From Patescibacteria group bacterium (GTDB taxonomy: Bacteria > Patescibacteriota > Minisyncoccia > Minisyncoccales > Staskawiczbacteraceae), in assembly GCA_018829965.1 (NCBI GenBank), contig JAHJTG010000016.1, forward strand, positions 93,537-157,536: DNA of 64,000 nucleotides, given 5' to 3'. Shown here in pieces: positions 1 through 10,401 of the stretch; the first letter of the stretch is position 1, and each line of letters starts with the position of its first letter. Under the pieces are notes generated by a model. The model did not search any database and had not been told where the DNA came from. It saw only the letters and a program-made list of their open reading frames with translations. Position numbers and translations under genes: made by a program.

Positions 1-2004
1 CCAGAAAGAATTTCAATGCCTGATATTGATTTGGATTTTACTGACCGACGCAGAAATGAGGTTATAAATTATATCGGCCAGAAATATGGCAAAGACCATG
101 TTGCTCAAATTATTACATTTGGAACTATGGCCGCCAGAGCTGTTATTAGAGATGTCGGCAGAGCATTAGCTATCCCCTATAGTTATTGCGACAGAATAGC
201 AAAAATGATTCCCTTTGGTATGTCTTTAAAAGAGGCGCTTGATGGCGTAAGCGAATTTAAAGAACTTTATGAAAGCGATGCTGAAGCAAAAAGATTAATT
301 GATTTGGCAAAAAATCTTGAAGGAGTTGCCCGCCACGCTTCAACTCATGCCTGCGGTGTTGTTATTTCTGAAAAACCTTTAACCGATTACGTCCCTTTGC
401 AACATCCGACTCAAGATGACGAAACTATTGTTACTCAATATGAAATGCATGCCATTGAAGATTTAGGACTTTTAAAAATGGACTTATTGGGTTTGAAAAA
501 TTTAACTATTATTGAAGATTGTTTAGCGCGTATTTATCAGATTTATGGCAAATCAATTCAAGTTGATAACATTCCCGCAGACGATGAAAAAACCTACAAA
601 CTTTTTCAAGAAGCGAACACAATAGGTATTTTCCAATTAGAATCATCAGGAATGCAAAATTATTTAAAACAATTAAAACCAACTAGTTTTGATGATATTG
701 TGGCAATGGTTGCTCTATATAGACCGGGACCGATGCAATTTATTCCTGATTTTATCAAAGGAAAACATAAAAAGAAAAAAATAGAATATTTGCATCCTAA
801 ATTACAACCTATTTTAGAAAGCACCTACGGCATTTGCGTTTACCAAGAACAATTAATGCAGATCGCCCAGCATTTAGCCGGATTTTCTTTATCCGAAGCC
901 GATGTTTTAAGGAAAGCAATCGGGAAAAAAATAAATGATCTACTCCAAGCTCAAGAACAAAAGTTTATTTCTGGCTGTATCAAAAATGAAGTGCCTAAAA
1001 AAACCGCTCAAGAACTTTGGCAATGGATTTTACCTTTTGCCTCTTATGGATTTAATAAAAGTCACAGCGTGGGTTACGCCACGATTGCCTGCCAGACAGC
1101 TTATTTGAAAGCTCATTACCCTGTTGAATTTATGGCAGCTCTTTTAACTTCTGAAAAATCAGACATTGAAAGAATCGCTGTCCTAATAAAAGAATGCCAA
1201 AAAATGGGAATCCCTGTTTTACCGCCAGACGTTAACGAAAGCTTTAGAAATTTTTCTGTAATTCCAAATGAAAATAAAATACGTTTTGGATTGCTGGCGA
1301 TAAAAAATGTCGGCGAAAATATAGTTGAAGCAATTTTAGCAGAAAGAAAAGCCAAAGGAAATTTTAAATCAATGTATGATTTTATTTCCCGAATACAATC
1401 CAAAACCTTAAACAAGAAATCGTTTGAAAGTTTGATAAAAACCGGAGTTTTTGATAAATTAGAGGATAGGAGCAAGCTTTTATACAATATGGAGGATATA
1501 TTGGAAGCTAATCGGGAAATCAAGCAAAACATGAATAATAACCAAACAAGTCTCTTTGCAAATTCCTCTTCATATAATCCCTCTGTATTAAGATTGAAAG
1601 AAGCTCAAAATATATCTCTAAACGACCAACTAAATTGGGAAAAAGAACTTCTAGGCCTTTACATCTCTGCCCACCCTTTAGATAGCTTTAAATCTGTTTT
1701 AGAAAAAAACTCTTATCCCCTATCAAGGCTAGACAATGACGTAGTCGGCAAGCTGGTAAAAATCGGCGGGGTGATATCAACAATCAAGAGGATTATAACA
1801 AGGAACGGAAAGCCGATGCTTTTTATGAGCCTTGAAGATTTAACGAATAAGGTTGAGGTAGTTGTTTTCCCAACAGTTATTGATAGAAATCCCACTGTTC
1901 TTCAAGAAAATAAAATCGTGTTTGTAAAAGGCAAAGTTGACAACAGAGATGGCGAGATAAAAGTTATCGCAGATGAAATAGAAGAAATTATAAACACGGA
2001 TTAA
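1..2004 (+). CDS. dnaE: DNA polymerase III alpha subunit, C-terminal part; the gene starts upstream of the window
   Basis: PDIDLDF catalytic motif, KMDLLGL, YGFNKSHS and a C-terminal OB fold. The frame is open from base 1 (PERISMPDID). Confidence 0.97.
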   Translation, partial: PERISMPDIDLDFTDRRRNEVINYIGQKYGKDHVAQIITFGTMAARAVIRDVGRALAIPYSYCDRIAKMIPFGMSLKEALDGVSEFKELYESDAEAKRLIDLAKNLEGVARHASTHACGVVISEKPLTDYVPLQHPTQDDETIVTQYEMHAIEDLGLLKMDLLGLKNLTIIEDCLARIYQIYGKSIQVDNIPADDEKTYKLFQEANTIGIFQLESSGMQNYLKQLKPTSFDDIVAMVALYRPGPMQFIPDFIKGKHKKKKIEYLHPKLQPILESTYGICVYQEQLMQIAQHLAGFSLSEADVLRKAIGKKINDLLQAQEQKFISGCIKNEVPKKTAQELWQWILPFASYGFNKSHSVGYATIACQTAYLKAHYPVEFMAALLTSEKSDIERIAVLIKECQKMGIPVLPPDVNESFRNFSVIPNENKIRFGLLAIKNVGENIVEAILAERKAKGNFKSMYDFISRIQSKTLNKKSFESLIKTGVFDKLEDRSKLLYNMEDILEANREIKQNMNNNQTSLFANSSSYNPSVLRLKEAQNISLNDQLNWEKELLGLYISAHPLDSFKSVLEKNSYPLSRLDNDVVGKLVKIGGVISTIKRIITRNGKPMLFMSLEDLTNKVEVVVFPTVIDRNPTVLQENKIVFVKGKVDNRDGEIKVIADEIEEIINTD

Positions 2005-2077
2005 TACGGATTTTAGCGGATTAATACTAATAAAAACCATCCGCATAAATCTGTCTTATCCGCATAAATCAGCGTCT
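1995..2077. repeat. Degenerate short-unit inverted repeat array (CGGATT/ATCCGC-type units)
   Basis: acggattaa/acggatttt/gcggattaa followed by atccgcata copies. Similar arrays occur at 5642-5730 and 16345-16440. Confidence 0.7.
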
Positions 2078-2078
2078 T

Positions 2079-3809
2079 ATGAACATAGAAACAATTCGTC
2101 ATTCATTGGCTCATATTATGGCTTATGCCATTCAAGAACTTTATCCGAAAACAAAATTCGGAATCGGCCCGGCAGTAGAAAACGGGTTTTATTACGATAT
2201 TGAAACTCAAAAACCGATAAGGCCAGAGGAATTGTCAAAGATTGAGGAAAAAATGAAAGAGCTAATTAAACAAGACATCAAGTTCAAGAAAAAACTAACC
2301 AATAAAGCCCAAGCGAAAAAGATATTTAAGAGCCAGCCGTATAAGCTGGAGCTTATCAAGGAACTCAAAGAAAAGAATGCCACTATCTACGAATCAGGCG
2401 ATTTCATTGATTTGTGTAAAGGACCGCATATAAAGTCTGGTAAGGAGATAACTCCTGATGCTTTTAAATTAACAAGGATTGCCGGAGCTTATTGGAAAGG
2501 CAGCGAAAAGAATAAAATGCTGACCCGCATTTACGGATTGGCTTTTGCTTCTAAAAGAGAATTGATTGATTATTTAAACAACCTTGCTGAGGCAGAAAAG
2601 AGAGACCATAGGATTATCGGGCAAAAATTAGACTTATTTGTTTTTTCTGATTTAGTTGGACCAGGCCTTCCTCTTTTTACATTCAAAGGCGCCACCATTT
2701 TAAAAGAGATAAAAGATTATTGCAACGAACTTCAAAATGAAATCGGCTACCAGGAAGTACAAACTCCCAACATGAATAGAGCCGAACTCTTTAAAATTTC
2801 TGGCCATTATGAAAAATTCAAAGACGACATGTTTAAAGTTGTTTCACATTATACAGAAGAAGACTATTATCTAAAACCGATGAACTGCCCTCAACATACG
2901 CAGATATATGCTTCGAAACCAAGAAGCTATAAAGACCTGCCTATAAGAATTGCTGATTTTGCCCAACTTTATAGAGACGAAAAAACAGGGGAACTTTCTG
3001 GCCTTACGCGTCTGCGTGGATTTGCCCAGGATGACGGCCATTCCTTTTGCAAAGAAGATCAGATAAAAGATGAGTTTAAGTCTGTACTTTCTGTTATTGA
3101 GAAAGCAATGAAAACTTACGGGATGAATTATAAGATAAGATTTTCACTATGGGATCCGAAACATCCCGAAAAATATTTGGGCGATACTAAAATTTGGAAA
3201 AAATCGCAACAAATGCTTGAAGAAATCTTAATTGAAAACAAAATTGAATATTTCAGAGCAATCGGAGAAGCAGCTATGTACGGCCCGAAAATGGATTTAA
3301 TATCAAAAGATTCTTTAGGAAGAGAATGGCAGATATCAACTATCCAATTAGATTTCATTATGCCTCAGAGGTTCGGCTTAAAATATGTTGACTCTGACGG
3401 AAAAGATAAAACTCCGGTCATGATACACCGGGCAATAGTCGGCTCTCCGGAAAGATTCTTCGGCATTCTGATTGAACATTACGCGGGCAGTTTTCCTGTT
3501 TGGCTTTCCCCTATTCAAGCTTGGGTTGTGCCAGTGGGAGATAATCACAAAAAATATGCCAAAGAAATTTGCGAGAAATTATTAAATGAAAAAATAAGAG
3601 CGGAGATAAAAGACGACAATAATACTATTTCAAAAAAGATTAGAGAGGGGGAAATACAAAAAATCCCTTATCTTTTAATTGTTGGTGATAAAGAAATTAA
3701 ATCAGGTTCCGTAGCAGTAAGGGAAAGAAAGAAAGGAGATGTCGGTATGATAAAATTTGCTCAATTTATTGAACAAATTAAAAAAGAAATAGAGACCAAG
3801 AAATCCTAA
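2079..3809 (+). CDS. thrS: Threonine--tRNA ligase
   Basis: RHSLAH, DLCKGPH, KPMNCP, TIQLDF and HRAIVGS motifs, plus a C-terminal anticodon-binding domain. Confidence 0.98.
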   Translation: MNIETIRHSLAHIMAYAIQELYPKTKFGIGPAVENGFYYDIETQKPIRPEELSKIEEKMKELIKQDIKFKKKLTNKAQAKKIFKSQPYKLELIKELKEKNATIYESGDFIDLCKGPHIKSGKEITPDAFKLTRIAGAYWKGSEKNKMLTRIYGLAFASKRELIDYLNNLAEAEKRDHRIIGQKLDLFVFSDLVGPGLPLFTFKGATILKEIKDYCNELQNEIGYQEVQTPNMNRAELFKISGHYEKFKDDMFKVVSHYTEEDYYLKPMNCPQHTQIYASKPRSYKDLPIRIADFAQLYRDEKTGELSGLTRLRGFAQDDGHSFCKEDQIKDEFKSVLSVIEKAMKTYGMNYKIRFSLWDPKHPEKYLGDTKIWKKSQQMLEEILIENKIEYFRAIGEAAMYGPKMDLISKDSLGREWQISTIQLDFIMPQRFGLKYVDSDGKDKTPVMIHRAIVGSPERFFGILIEHYAGSFPVWLSPIQAWVVPVGDNHKKYAKEICEKLLNEKIRAEIKDDNNTISKKIREGEIQKIPYLLIVGDKEIKSGSVAVRERKKGDVGMIKFAQFIEQIKKEIETKKS

Positions 3810-3994
3810 ATCCCAAACCCTAAACTCTAAATAAGCCCAAATTCCAAAACCCCAAATCCAAAAGTGTTTATAATTATAAGCGAGGATGGAAAAGAAAAAT
3901 TTATTTTTATTTTTCAACCGAGCGAAATAATTATGTGGCAACGCCACAATAATTTAGATATTTGGATTTTGAATTTGTTTAGAATTTAGAGTTT
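3801..3994. repeat. Inverted heptamer low-complexity arms (AAATCCT-like / TTTAGAA-like) enclosing an AGCGAGG...CCGAGCGA palindrome at 3879-3925
   Basis: Left arm aaatcct-aaatccc-aaaccct-aaactct; right arm tttagat-atttggat-tttgaat-tttagaa-tttagag. Confidence 0.75.
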
Positions 3995-4003
3995 AAAAAA
4001 CTT

Positions 4004-5641
4004 ATGCCTCAATTATCGCAAGCAACCAAAGATCTTCTGTCGCAATATCGTTCCGGAGATAAAGTTAATCAACTCCCAGAAGGAGTAACCACTGTTCATG
4101 TAGATGAAGTCGCAGCAAAAGTCGCTGTTTTCTATGAAAAAATAAGAGGGATTATTGATTGGAGAGAAGAGCATCTTCTAAAGAGAGGGGCTATACAGAG
4201 GACGTTAAAAAGACATTTTTTTGTAGGTATTGATATCCTCCAGGAAAAATTGACCCGCGAATCTATCGCCGAGCCTTTGGTCTTAGAATTAATACGCGGC
4301 GGGCATTATCCAAATGATAAAATTCCAGAAACGAAGATAACTGACGTTCAAAAAATAATTGAAAAATATATTTTTATTCTGAAGAATATACCTCAAGCCG
4401 AAAGCGGACAAGACTCCTTGCATTTTTACAATTGGCTTTTATCAATTGCGGCCTGCGAAATTGAAGAAACCCTTAGCTCCTCTTACAAAGAAAGAGCCCT
4501 TATCTCCTATATGTACGAATTAATGAAAGAACGCATTGTTCTAAATGAAGGAGCTCTCGCTATAAAACCGCTTAAGGAGGAAGAAAAAAACGTCCAAATA
4601 TACATCGCCGTCCAAAGAGCTCTCTTCAAGCTTGATGCGCCAGTAATAAGCTACCATTTATTGAAATACAAATATCCGGATTGGAGAGATATAGGACAAG
4701 AAAAATTGCTGGAAGCCGCAAAAAATATGCTCTTGTTGGAAAAAAAGATAGAAAGAAATTTATCGCACCCCTTATCGGGCAAGTTTTATCAAATTTGTGA
4801 AAAATATGACACCCCATACTTGCTTTTAGGAGACATTTTATCTGAAGAGAATCCCGAAGAGCTCTCTAAAAAAATAGCAGAACCGGAAGCTATGGAGAGT
4901 TTAATTAAAAATACCTACAACAAAAGACTATCTACTCTTAAAACCAGGGTTCATCGCGCCGCTTTTTACTCAACACTTTCTGTTCTATTGACTAATGCTT
5001 TTTCAGTTCTGATTTTAGAAATACCAGTAGCAAAATTAATCTACGGCTTTTTCAGCAACTCCCCTTTTCTTACAATATCAGTGGATATTTTAGGACCAAC
5101 ATTCTTAATGTTCTTAATGGTAGCCACAATTAAACCGCCGACGAAAAATAATCTGAACATTGTAATAATGGAAACAATGAAAATTATTTATCAAAAAGAA
5201 AAGCAGGATGTTTATGAAGTAAGACATTCTCGACAAAAGGGACTTATCATGAAATCAATTATTGGTCTTATTTATCTTTCTGTAGCTTTAGTCTCTTTTG
5301 GAGCCATCTATTGGATTTTCTATCTTGCTAAATTCCCTATAACTTCAGCGGTAATCAATATTATGTTTATAGCTATAATTATGTTCACTGGACTAGCTAT
5401 CAGACGAAAAAGTGAAGAGCTCACGGTTGAAGAGGCAACGCCGGGTTTCTTGGGTTTTATATTTGATATTCTTTCCTTGCCAATTGCCAGCACGGGCCAG
5501 TGGCTATCTAACAAATGGAAAAAATACAATATTATCTCCGCCTTCTTCAGCGCGTTGATAGATCTGCCGTTTATGACATTTGTGAGGTTTATAGAACAAT
5601 GGAGATATTTCCTAAAAGAGAAAAAAGAAAAAATGCACTAA
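4004..5641 (+). CDS. Hypothetical membrane protein
   Basis: Long ORF with several hydrophobic segments in the C-terminal half. Confidence 0.8.
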   Translation: MPQLSQATKDLLSQYRSGDKVNQLPEGVTTVHVDEVAAKVAVFYEKIRGIIDWREEHLLKRGAIQRTLKRHFFVGIDILQEKLTRESIAEPLVLELIRGGHYPNDKIPETKITDVQKIIEKYIFILKNIPQAESGQDSLHFYNWLLSIAACEIEETLSSSYKERALISYMYELMKERIVLNEGALAIKPLKEEEKNVQIYIAVQRALFKLDAPVISYHLLKYKYPDWRDIGQEKLLEAAKNMLLLEKKIERNLSHPLSGKFYQICEKYDTPYLLLGDILSEENPEELSKKIAEPEAMESLIKNTYNKRLSTLKTRVHRAAFYSTLSVLLTNAFSVLILEIPVAKLIYGFFSNSPFLTISVDILGPTFLMFLMVATIKPPTKNNLNIVIMETMKIIYQKEKQDVYEVRHSRQKGLIMKSIIGLIYLSVALVSFGAIYWIFYLAKFPITSAVINIMFIAIIMFTGLAIRRKSEELTVEEATPGFLGFIFDILSLPIASTGQWLSNKWKKYNIISAFFSALIDLPFMTFVRFIEQWRYFLKEKKEKMH

Positions 5642-5737
5642 TCTAATCGCTGATAAGACGCTGATTTCTACGCTGATAAAAGGCTGATTCAGCGTAAATT
5701 CTGCGTATATTTCAGCGTTAACTCAGCGGAAATAAGT

Positions 5738-7363
5738 ATGTCTAATTCAATAAAATTATTTTTAACCATAACAGTAATCTATTCTGGATTAGTAATGGGT
5801 TTATCCGTTTCCGCTCAAACATTAATCCCAGAAAAAGCGCTTACTGCAACTGCAAATTCACAAAGCTTAGAAATTAAAGACCAAAATTTATTGCCAGATA
5901 GTCCTTTTTACTTTCTGAAAGAATGGAGTCGCGGAATCCAATCTCTTTTTACCTTCAATGATGTGAAAAAAGCCGAACTGAAAGAAAAGTTTGCCAATGA
6001 AAAGCTGCTAGAGCTACAAAAACTGATAGATAACAACGCCAGTCAAAAGATAATAGAAAAGGCAGCTGACAAGTACGGAGCAGAAATGGAAAAGATAAAA
6101 CAAGCTGTAGATAAAATAAAAGATAAAACAGAAGATAATTCTAAGGTAGAAGAATTTCTAGACAAGTTCACCAAACAAGCGCTTTTACACGAAGAGATCC
6201 TCCAAAAATTAGAAGATCAGGTTCCAACCGAGGTTTTTCAAAAGATAGAAGAAGCGCGGAAGAATCACATTGATAAATTTTGGGAAGTAATGCAAAAACT
6301 GGAAAACAACAAAGAAGAGATTAAAAATAGAATAGAAAATAAAATACAGGAACAATCGGGTCAAGAACTTTTAGGAATCAAATCATTGGAAATATTAAGC
6401 GGTTTAGAAGAAAATGCGTCATCGGAAGATATTAAAAAGATGATATGGGGAATAAAGCAAAACGCCATTCAAAATCTAGGACAAAAAATAGAAAACTTAA
6501 CAATAGAGGAACAAGAAACACTTAAAAGCTACATAAGTAATCCAGCTGGCGACAAAACAAGAAGACTCCAAGCGATAGAAACGTTAAAGTCAGAAATAAC
6601 AAATAATCCGCCAATTAAAGAAAAGCTTATGGAGTCCCGCCAAAATGTATTAGAAAAAATAGGAGAAAAAAATCAAACGAGAAATTGCCCAATTCTTTCA
6701 ACCCCAGGACTAGATTTTTGCACCAATGGCAAAATAGCGACAGAAAAAAATGATGCTGGTTGCGTTAATTTTGAATGCACCGAAGAAACACAGGACGGAA
6801 ATACAGGAAATAATAAATGCTCCCCTATTTGCTTAAACATTAATACCGGATCAGAGGGTTGGTATAACTCATGCGACAATGAATTAATAAAATATGACAG
6901 CTGTAAAGATTGTAAAGTTACTTGTAAAAATATCGGGGCTAACTCTGAAGGATTATACAATTCTTGCTCTGGAATTTTAATTAAAATGGAGAAATGCGGC
7001 GAGAAACCAGCAATATGCGCGCAGGTTTACGACCCCGTCTGCGGGAAAAATGGAAAAAATTATAATAATGAATGTTTTGCAAAAAATGCCGGTAAAGAAA
7101 TTGCCTATAAAGGAATTTGCAAATTAGAGTGCCAAAAAGATACTGATTGTCCGCAAAAATGCGCTGTTAGTTTCGTTGCCGCAAACTGCAATACAAAAGT
7201 AAAATGCGTAAATAATAAATGCGTTACAATAGAAGTAAAAAGCACAGGGAATGAAAACACTGGTAAATCAACCAACTCAACTAATTCAAGTGAAGGATGG
7301 GAACCGCGAGAAGGAAGCAATGAACCAGAGGTACCATTTGTTGACACAGGCGAACAGGAATAA
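5738..7363 (+). CDS. Secreted/surface protein: DUF5667-like helical domain, Cys-rich repeats and a Kazal-type domain
   Basis: N-terminal signal peptide, LLPDSPFYFLKEW motif, and the Kazal signature CAQVYDPVCGKNGKNYNNEC. Confidence 0.8.
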   Translation: MSNSIKLFLTITVIYSGLVMGLSVSAQTLIPEKALTATANSQSLEIKDQNLLPDSPFYFLKEWSRGIQSLFTFNDVKKAELKEKFANEKLLELQKLIDNNASQKIIEKAADKYGAEMEKIKQAVDKIKDKTEDNSKVEEFLDKFTKQALLHEEILQKLEDQVPTEVFQKIEEARKNHIDKFWEVMQKLENNKEEIKNRIENKIQEQSGQELLGIKSLEILSGLEENASSEDIKKMIWGIKQNAIQNLGQKIENLTIEEQETLKSYISNPAGDKTRRLQAIETLKSEITNNPPIKEKLMESRQNVLEKIGEKNQTRNCPILSTPGLDFCTNGKIATEKNDAGCVNFECTEETQDGNTGNNKCSPICLNINTGSEGWYNSCDNELIKYDSCKDCKVTCKNIGANSEGLYNSCSGILIKMEKCGEKPAICAQVYDPVCGKNGKNYNNECFAKNAGKEIAYKGICKLECQKDTDCPQKCAVSFVAANCNTKVKCVNNKCVTIEVKSTGNENTGKSTNSTNSSEGWEPREGSNEPEVPFVDTGEQE

Positions 7364-7373
7364 ATTATTTATA

Positions 7374-7400
7374 AAAACAGCCCTTGAACGGGCTGTTTTT
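7374..7400 (+). terminator. Intrinsic terminator
   Basis: aaaacagccc-ttgaac-gggctgttttt hairpin directly after the stop codon. Confidence 0.75.
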
Positions 7401-7425
7401 CTATTATAATATAAGCCGTATGAAA

Positions 7426-7551
7426 CCCCGTTAGAAGTTTACAAAAATTAGATTTACTTTACTCTATTTTTTTTATAATATAATTCAATTTTAGCAAAAG
7501 AGAGTTTTCCTCTCTTTTACCGCAGAGAAATATGGCAAACTTCTAACGGGG
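7426..7551. mobile_element. MITE-like element with terminal inverted repeats CCCCGTTAGAAGTTT
   Basis: Perfect 15-bp terminal inverted repeats flanked by TGAAA on both sides. Confidence 0.8.
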
Positions 7552-7564
7552 TGAAATAAATCGA

Positions 7565-8938
7565 ATGACACAAAAATATTACATAATAACTTTCGGCTGC
7601 CAGATGAATGTATCGGATTCGGAAAGAATCGCAGCGGTTTTAGAATCTATAAAATACAAACCTGTTCAGAAAATAGAACCTGCTGATTTGGTTGTAGTAA
7701 ATATGTGTTCTGTGAGACAATCAGCCGTTGACCGAGTTTTTGGTTTAAACCAAAAACTCGTCAAACTCAAAAACCACAACCCACAACTCACAACTATATT
7801 AACTGGCTGTGTTCTAAAAAAAGATGAGAAAAAATTATCCAGATTTTTTGATTACATTATCAATATTAAAGATATTGGAAAACTGCCTAAAATTTTAAGA
7901 AACAAAAATGAGGGAAAAAAAGATTACCTTAGAATAAAACCAGCGCACGTTAATAAATTTTCTGCAATAGTGCCGATTATGACTGGATGTAATAATTTTT
8001 GCGCCTACTGCGTTGTCCCATACACTCGTGGAAAGGAAGTTTCAAGGCCGGCCAAAGATATTATCTGCGAGATTAAAAACTTAATTAAGCGCGGATACAA
8101 AGAAATCTGGCTGATGGGACAAAACGTGAACTCTTACGGAGTTCAACGCGAAACTGATGCGAAACAAAACGCGAAACTGATGCGAAACAAAATAAACTTT
8201 CCTAAATTATTAAAGATGGTAAATAATATTCCAGGAAACTTTTGGATAAGGTTTACCTCTTCCCATCCTAAACCCAGCACTAGGGCAAAGCTCAGTGCTG
8301 GACTAGTCCCGTACCGAAACAAAGTTTCTGGTACGGGGGATTTTTCTTGGAATGAATTAATCAATATTATAGCTAAAGGAGAGAAAATCACCCCCTACCT
8401 TAATCTTCCGGTCCAAGCTGGTGACGATAAGGTTCTGAAAAGAATGAATAGGCCTTATACAATAAAACAATATATAAATATCATTAAGAAAGTCGGAAAG
8501 AAAATTCCTGATATTTGTCTTTCAACAGATATAATTGTCGGCTTCCCCGGAGAAACAAAAAAACAATTTCAGAATAGTGTTAAATTGTTTAAAGAGATAA
8601 ATTACGACATGGCATATATCTCAGAATATTCTCCAAGACCAAAAACAATGTCCGCTAAAATGAAAGACGATATTTCCATAGAAGAAAAATCTGAAAGAAA
8701 AAGAATTCTAAATAATATCTTAAAAGAAACTGCGTTGGGAAAAAACAAACGATACGTCAATAAAGTTGTAGAAGTTTTACCAATGGAATATAAGAACGGA
8801 CTCTTATTTGGTAAATCTTGGCACTATAAAACAGTGAAGTTTAAAGGGAATAAAAACCTGATCGGAAAATTCGTTAAAGTAAAAATTACTAACGCTTTGC
8901 CTTGGATACTGGAAGGAAAAATAGAATATAGAATTTAG
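7565..8938 (+). CDS. miaB: tRNA-2-methylthio-N6-dimethylallyladenosine synthase, with two in-frame repeat insertions
   Basis: TFGCQMN, CNNFCAYC radical SAM motif, DIIVGFPGET and a TRAM domain; adjacent to miaA. Confidence 0.93.
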   Translation: MTQKYYIITFGCQMNVSDSERIAAVLESIKYKPVQKIEPADLVVVNMCSVRQSAVDRVFGLNQKLVKLKNHNPQLTTILTGCVLKKDEKKLSRFFDYIINIKDIGKLPKILRNKNEGKKDYLRIKPAHVNKFSAIVPIMTGCNNFCAYCVVPYTRGKEVSRPAKDIICEIKNLIKRGYKEIWLMGQNVNSYGVQRETDAKQNAKLMRNKINFPKLLKMVNNIPGNFWIRFTSSHPKPSTRAKLSAGLVPYRNKVSGTGDFSWNELINIIAKGEKITPYLNLPVQAGDDKVLKRMNRPYTIKQYINIIKKVGKKIPDICLSTDIIVGFPGETKKQFQNSVKLFKEINYDMAYISEYSPRPKTMSAKMKDDISIEEKSERKRILNNILKETALGKNKRYVNKVVEVLPMEYKNGLLFGKSWHYKTVKFKGNKNLIGKFVKVKITNALPWILEGKIEYRI

Positions 8939-8970
8939 GATTTAGGATTTAGAATTTAGAATAAAAAATC

Positions 8971-9882
8971 ATGGATAATAAAAACAAAAAAATTATTGTT
9001 ATCGTTGGGCCGACGGCTTCTGGAAAAACCGATCTATCTATTAAACTCGCCAAAAAATTCAAGGGCGAGATAATTTCTGCTGATTCAAGGCAGGTCTATA
9101 AAGGAATGGATATTGGTACTGGAAAAGTGACCAAAAAAGAAATGAGAGGTATCCCCCATTATCTTTTAGATGTTATATCGCCTAAAAAAAGATTTGATGT
9201 TGCTCAATATAAGAAGCTGGCAGAGGAAGCAATCAATAGGATATATAAGAAAAATAAGCTTCCTTTTTTAGTCGGTGGCACTGGTTTTTACATCCAAGCC
9301 GTAATTGATAATATTTCAATGCCTAAAATTAAGCCAGACTGGAAATTAAGGAAAAAGCTGGAAAAGAAGCCTATTCCCGAGCTATATAAAATGCTGGTTA
9401 AATTAGACCCTAATAGAGCCTCTAATATTGATAAAAATAACCCCAGGCGTCTAATAAGGGCCCTAGAAATCGTTCTAAAATCAAAGAGGCCTGTGGGTCC
9501 GCTAATCCCTCAAAAACCACGATTTAAGGCATTATTCTTAGGAGTAAAAAAAGACCAAAAAGAATTAAAAAACTTGATTGAAAAACGACTATTAAAACGA
9601 CTAAAAAGCGGAATGATAAACGAAGTTAAAAAACTCCATCGCTCCGGAGTTTCTTGGAAACGATTAGAAGAATTCGGCTTAGAATACCGTTTTGTCGCAC
9701 AATACCTGCAAAAGAAATTAACTTACAATGAAATGATCCAAAAACTGGAAAAAGAGATAGAACATTACGCCAAAAGACAAATGACTTGGTTTAAGCGCGA
9801 TAAGCGAATTAAATGGATTAAGAATATAAAAGAAGCGGATAAATCAGTTAAAAATTATCTAATATTGACAGATAAAAAATAA
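8971..9882 (+). CDS. miaA: tRNA dimethylallyltransferase
   Basis: GPTASGKT, DSRQVYKGMDIGT and YAKRQMTWF motifs. Confidence 0.97.
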   Translation: MDNKNKKIIVIVGPTASGKTDLSIKLAKKFKGEIISADSRQVYKGMDIGTGKVTKKEMRGIPHYLLDVISPKKRFDVAQYKKLAEEAINRIYKKNKLPFLVGGTGFYIQAVIDNISMPKIKPDWKLRKKLEKKPIPELYKMLVKLDPNRASNIDKNNPRRLIRALEIVLKSKRPVGPLIPQKPRFKALFLGVKKDQKELKNLIEKRLLKRLKSGMINEVKKLHRSGVSWKRLEEFGLEYRFVAQYLQKKLTYNEMIQKLEKEIEHYAKRQMTWFKRDKRIKWIKNIKEADKSVKNYLILTDKK

Positions 9883-10062
9883 AGCTATATAATATTTGAA
9901 TAGAAGTAGACTATCTGAAGATAGAATTGTTATTTAAAAATTTTTTTGGAATAGGAGCGATATAATGAAAAAGAAAGTGTTCCAAATATGGTACCAAGTA
10001 TTTCTACATGAATCATTGATGCGATTCCGATCGGCGCTAATAATAGGAGAAGGTGATAAAAC

Positions 10063-10345
10063 CATGCCAAAAAAATCTTGCAGGAAGGATTGGCGAAAAA
10101 TTATTATCCTCATGCCGACAGGCGACCCTAAGACTCGTTTTTCGATTGGGTTTTATAAAGACGACATATATAAACTATCAACTGCCACCAGAAAGGTTAG
10201 AAATGGTCCATTTGGAATGAGGATGGGTCCAGAGAACTGCGGATTCTTTATAGTAAGCAATAAAAAAGATAGACGACTTGGGTTAAAGTTTGTGGAGTAT
10301 GCCGATATAGATGATAAAACTTATTCTAAATTGCCTCTTTATTAG
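10063..10345 (+). CDS. Hypothetical protein (likely start MPKKSC)
   Basis: Shine-Dalgarno-like ggagaaggtg before ATG 10063 and a terminator-like hairpin at about 10368-10402. Confidence 0.55.
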
Positions 10346-10401
10346 GTGGGATAGCATACATAGGACTAAAAACCAGTGCAGAATTTTTTGCTCTGGTTTT
10401 T

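Noticed and set aside
1116..1532. Antisense ORFs in the track (for example 1116-1532, 24544-25035, 44971-45432)
   Set aside because: They shadow well-supported genes on the opposite strand and show no recognisable motifs.
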